Assembly (NCBI GenBank): GCA_046757025.1 | Contig: JBHHXN010000094.1 | Coordinates: 1 to 19,940, forward strand | DNA from: a bacterium | GTDB taxonomy: Bacteria > Zhuqueibacterota > Zhuqueibacteria > Oceanimicrobiales > Oceanimicrobiaceae | Direction of reading: 5' to 3' | DNA length: 19,940 nt | Made by a program: the position numbers and the translations under genes | Notes under the pieces: generated by a model | What the model was told of the DNA's origin: nothing | What the model saw: the letters and a program-made list of their open reading frames with translations, nothing else | The model's database searches: none | In this document: piece after piece, positions 17,235-19,940 of the stretch | Layout: each line of letters begins with the position of its first letter | Position numbering within the stretch: position 1 is the stretch's first letter

Positions 17235-17373
17235 ACTCGATGCCGACTTGATAGATTTTACGTCTTGTCGCAGACGAGGCTGCGAATGCATAGCTGCCAC
17301 CGTAAAAGAAAAATGAAACCCATAACTTCCGATTGCAGATTTGGGATGGTGGATTTCGGAATGAACATGTAAA

Positions 17374-17624
17374 TAGGGTTCAAACGGAAACACCCTATGT
17401 TGTTATTCTGGGGAGTCCTTCGCCATGCTCAGAGCCACCCAGAGCCTGGCGAAAGGATAAATTCCGCGACGAAAAATCTCATGCAACCCAAATTGTGCGA
17501 AAAAGCCAAAGGGATGAATTTGTGCATAGGGATAGTTCTCTGAACAAATAGACCGTGAAAGAAAAGATACTTCGTCGCGTCGCTCCTCAGAATGACAATA
17601 AACGGAGTTTTCGGTCAAACACTA
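17374..17624. mobile_element. MITE/REP-doublet-like element (about 250 bp) with 41-bp imperfect terminal inverted repeats
   Basis: 17375-17415 matches the reverse complement of 17583-17623 at 30/41. Inner ends carry REP-like GTTATTCTG.../...CAGAATGAC arms. Confidence 0.55.
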
Positions 17625-17673
17625 ACTAAAGAATATCGTGAAAAAATACGTGCTAAGTTGCATGCAGATGTTC

Positions 17674-17728
17674 TGTCACGGGGCAGTTGAAAATGTACCA
17701 TTTGTGGGCAGTTGAAAGTGTACCACCC
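17674..17728. repeat. IS21 terminal inverted repeat (istB-distal end) with two subterminal direct repeats
   Basis: TGTCAC... then GGGCAGTTGAAAATGTACCA (17681-17700) and GGGCAGTTGAAAGTGTACCA (17706-17725). Confidence 0.85.
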
Positions 17729-17734
17729 AAAATA

Positions 17735-18490
17735 TTAGTGATTATTTTGTTTTGAATCAACGATTTTTTGTTCTTTGACTTTTAAATTTTTCAATCGATA
17801 ACTTTTACCAGTAATTTTCAAAAAGTGAATATTTTCTAAAAAACGGTCGAGGATAGCCGATGCAGTGGCATTGTCGCCGAATATTTTACCCCAGTCTTCA
17901 ATTGGACAATTAGTGGCAATGATAGTCGACGCTTTTTGATAGCGTCGATGAATAATTTCTAACAGGATTTCATTCGCTGCCTGCGACAAGTTTTTCATGC
18001 CCAATTCATCGATCACGAGCAGTTGGGGTTTGAGAAAGGTCTCGATGAGCTGATTCTGAAATTGGATGATTTCTGATGCGACATCAAAGGTGGAACGATA
18101 CAAGACCGTAAAGCCTTTTTGGATGGCCTCGATGCCAAAGGCGACTGCCAGGTGCGTCTTGCCGACGCCGGGCGGCCCAATCATTAAGATATTCTCGAAG
18201 TTAGCGATGAAAGCGGAGGTGGCGAGTTTTTTGATTTGTTGTTTGTTGACAGAGAGATTGAAGCTGAAATCAAAGTCTGCTACCGTTTTCAAAAAAGGAA
18301 ATTTTGCCTGTTTCATCCTGCGGTTCAGTAAACGCTCTTGCCGGATCTCGAGTTCATCCTCGATAAGGTTATCAAGGAATTCCAGGTAGGGCAGTTCATT
18401 GGCCTCTGCCTCCTGCAAGCGGATGTTGAGTTTATGCGTCATGCCGGACAGCCTGACAGATTTGAGTTTATAGAATAATTCTTCCATCAT
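17735..18490 (-). CDS. istB: IS21-family helper AAA+ ATPase IstB
   Basis: KTVADFDFSF; Walker A GPPGVGKTHLA; Walker B LLVIDELG; AILDR; ITGKSYR. Overlaps the istA stop (ATGA). Confidence 0.95.
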   Translation of the reverse strand: MMEELFYKLKSVRLSGMTHKLNIRLQEAEANELPYLEFLDNLIEDELEIRQERLLNRRMKQAKFPFLKTVADFDFSFNLSVNKQQIKKLATSAFIANFENILMIGPPGVGKTHLAVAFGIEAIQKGFTVLYRSTFDVASEIIQFQNQLIETFLKPQLLVIDELGMKNLSQAANEILLEIIHRRYQKASTIIATNCPIEDWGKIFGDNATASAILDRFLENIHFLKITGKSYRLKNLKVKEQKIVDSKQNNH

Positions 18491-19042
18491 TGACCTCCAG
18501 GGAAAAGAGATTGATACTCATCAGGCGAGCGAATAAGGTCACTTTCCTGGGTGAATTGAATTTCTTGTTGGATTTGGTTTTGAATCTGGATGGATTCTGC
18601 GTGTTTTTTAACAAGGTGGTAGCTGAAAACATGACTTTCAATACACCTTTGACAGGCCAGATTAATGATTGCATGCGGATAGGTTTTGGCCAGCGCGACC
18701 ACGCCTTGAATCGCACGATAAGCTCTTTGCTGACGCTCACTTTCCGCTAATTTCGCCCATTTAAGCACCGCGGGCCCGATTTGATTACACTGGTCAAAAA
18801 GAAATTGAGCGTATCGGTTTTGGGTCCAGGTTTTATGTTCCGGCAAGCAACTTTTATCTGGGTGGAACCGACCTTTCTGCACTGTCGATAAGAACTGAAT
18901 CAGTTCATCTTGATAATAGACTTTGACCCATTGGCTGTTATAATGGACGGTGACGCGTCGGCCCATATATTTGGGCGGTACTGGATAAAAGGCGCCGGAG
19001 ATTTCGACATGACTGTCGATGGGATTCACCTTGCGTGTGCCG

Positions 19043-19060
19043 ATCCCGAAGTTTCGGGAC
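19043..19060. repeat. Palindrome ATCCCGAA-GT-TTCGGGAC inside istA (frame preserved, encodes SRNFGI)
   Basis: 7-bp perfect stem (19044-19050/19053-19059) with the same arms as the 7083 and 19469 copies. Confidence 0.55.
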
Positions 19061-19468
19061 AGTAAAGGGCTTGGCGGTAGCGGCTGCAGGAGCGGTTTTT
19101 CTTCTCGAAACATGACGTTTACCTGTCGTTTGGTGGTGCCATGAATGCGAGTTGCGGCCCAGGTTTGATTCCAGTGCCTCAGATAGCGATTTTGCGCCTC
19201 TAAGGAGTCGAATGTTTTGCCGGTCAGCGCATTGTTCTGCACGTATTTGACGGCGCTTTCGACTTTGCCTTTGTGCTCGGGGGTTCGGACTTTACACGGC
19301 AGGGGCACAAAGTTATGGTGATGGGCGAAGGCGAGGTAATTGGGGTTCAGCTCTGGTTCATATATGTGGGCTTGCAGGACTCCTGATTTCAGATTGTCGA
19401 GTTTGACCACTTTGGGGACGCCACCGAAGTAGTCGAAAGCTTTCTGGTGACAGGCAATGAAGGTTTCT

Positions 19469-19488
19469 ATCCCGATACACATCGGGAT
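19469..19488. repeat. Palindrome ATCCCGAT-ACAC-ATCGGGAT at the istA frameshift
   Basis: Perfect 8-bp stem that coincides with the change of reading frame. Confidence 0.7.
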
Positions 19489-19940
19489 TTCCAGACCACT
19501 TCCTGGTAACTGTGACGGCTGTGCGAGAGCGTCATCACAAATAGCCAGGGTTTATGGTAGCGGCCATTTTTGAGAGTGGGTGCGCCTTTGCCAAAATCGA
19601 CCTGCGCTTCTTCGCCAGCCGGGGTTTCTATGCGGGCTTAGAGTTTTGGGTGCTTATTTTTGAGTTTTCGGATATATCTTTTGATGCTGTCATAGCTGCC
19701 GTCATAGCCGTTTTCGATGACCAGGTCCTGGAAAATGCTGCGAGCCTGGGCGCCGGTGTTGAGTTTTTTGCAGATAATCTCATGATAAGCCGCCGCTTTG
19801 CTTCTGGATACTACATCTTGATTAGCTGGTTTGGGGTCGGTGGGCACTTCAAAGTGTACCACTTCCTCGGTGGGCACTTTATTTTGCCCGGGTGGTACAT
19901 TTTCAACGGTTTGCTGGGTTGGATTTTGCGCCGAATCCCG

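Larger units (their letters stand above)
17674..19940 (-). mobile_element. IS21-family insertion sequence (partial, degenerate)
   Basis: TG-starting end with tandem 20-bp repeats, istB ATPase and disrupted istA. The other end is outside the window. Confidence 0.92.
18487..19940 (-). pseudogene. istA: IS21-family DDE transposase IstA, disrupted and 5'-truncated by the window edge
   Basis: Open frame from 19940 (...GYDGSYDSIKRYIR) reaches an in-frame TAA at 19640-19638. The same frame resumes (ARIETPAGEEAQVDFG...FVMTLSHSRHSY..VVWK), then shifts frame at about 19469-19488 into ...AFDYFGGVP...DNLKSGV...KGKVESAVKYV. Confidence 0.9.

Noticed and set aside
17333..17618. Two 71-72 aa ORFs on opposite strands
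   Set aside because: They coincide with the inverted-repeat element and are probably repeat-derived.

Overview
Most of this window is one multiheme-cytochrome locus (about 48-17234), followed by a degenerate IS21-family element cut by the window edge. A central two-component pair (histidine kinase with a periplasmic CxxCH; sigma-54/NtrC-type activator) lies between two operons. Rightward operon: NHL beta-propeller lipoprotein, OmcE-family cytochrome (4 CxxCH + 1 CxxxCH), intrinsic terminator, SurA/PrsA-type PPIase, 9-heme lipoprotein cytochrome, predicted outer-membrane beta-barrel and a second OmcE-family paralog. Leftward operon: NHL protein and vWA protein, both with an 'LLQN(Y/F)PNPFNP' T9SS-type/FlgD-Ig tail, and a 21-heme cytochrome. 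Both operons have a sigma-54 -24/-12 element about 130-190 bp downstream of a shared TGCGCCA-N2-TGGCGCA palindrome. The best reading is a redox-regulated extracellular electron transfer (cytochrome nanowire/porin-cytochrome) system in a non-Geobacter, probably FCB-group (KSB1/Calditrichota-like) bacterium; function and taxonomy are inferences. Several MITE/REP-like elements are present, including short ATCCCG...CGGGA(T/C) hairpins, one at the frameshift in the IS21 transposase. All family assignments come from reading motifs by eye; no searches were run.
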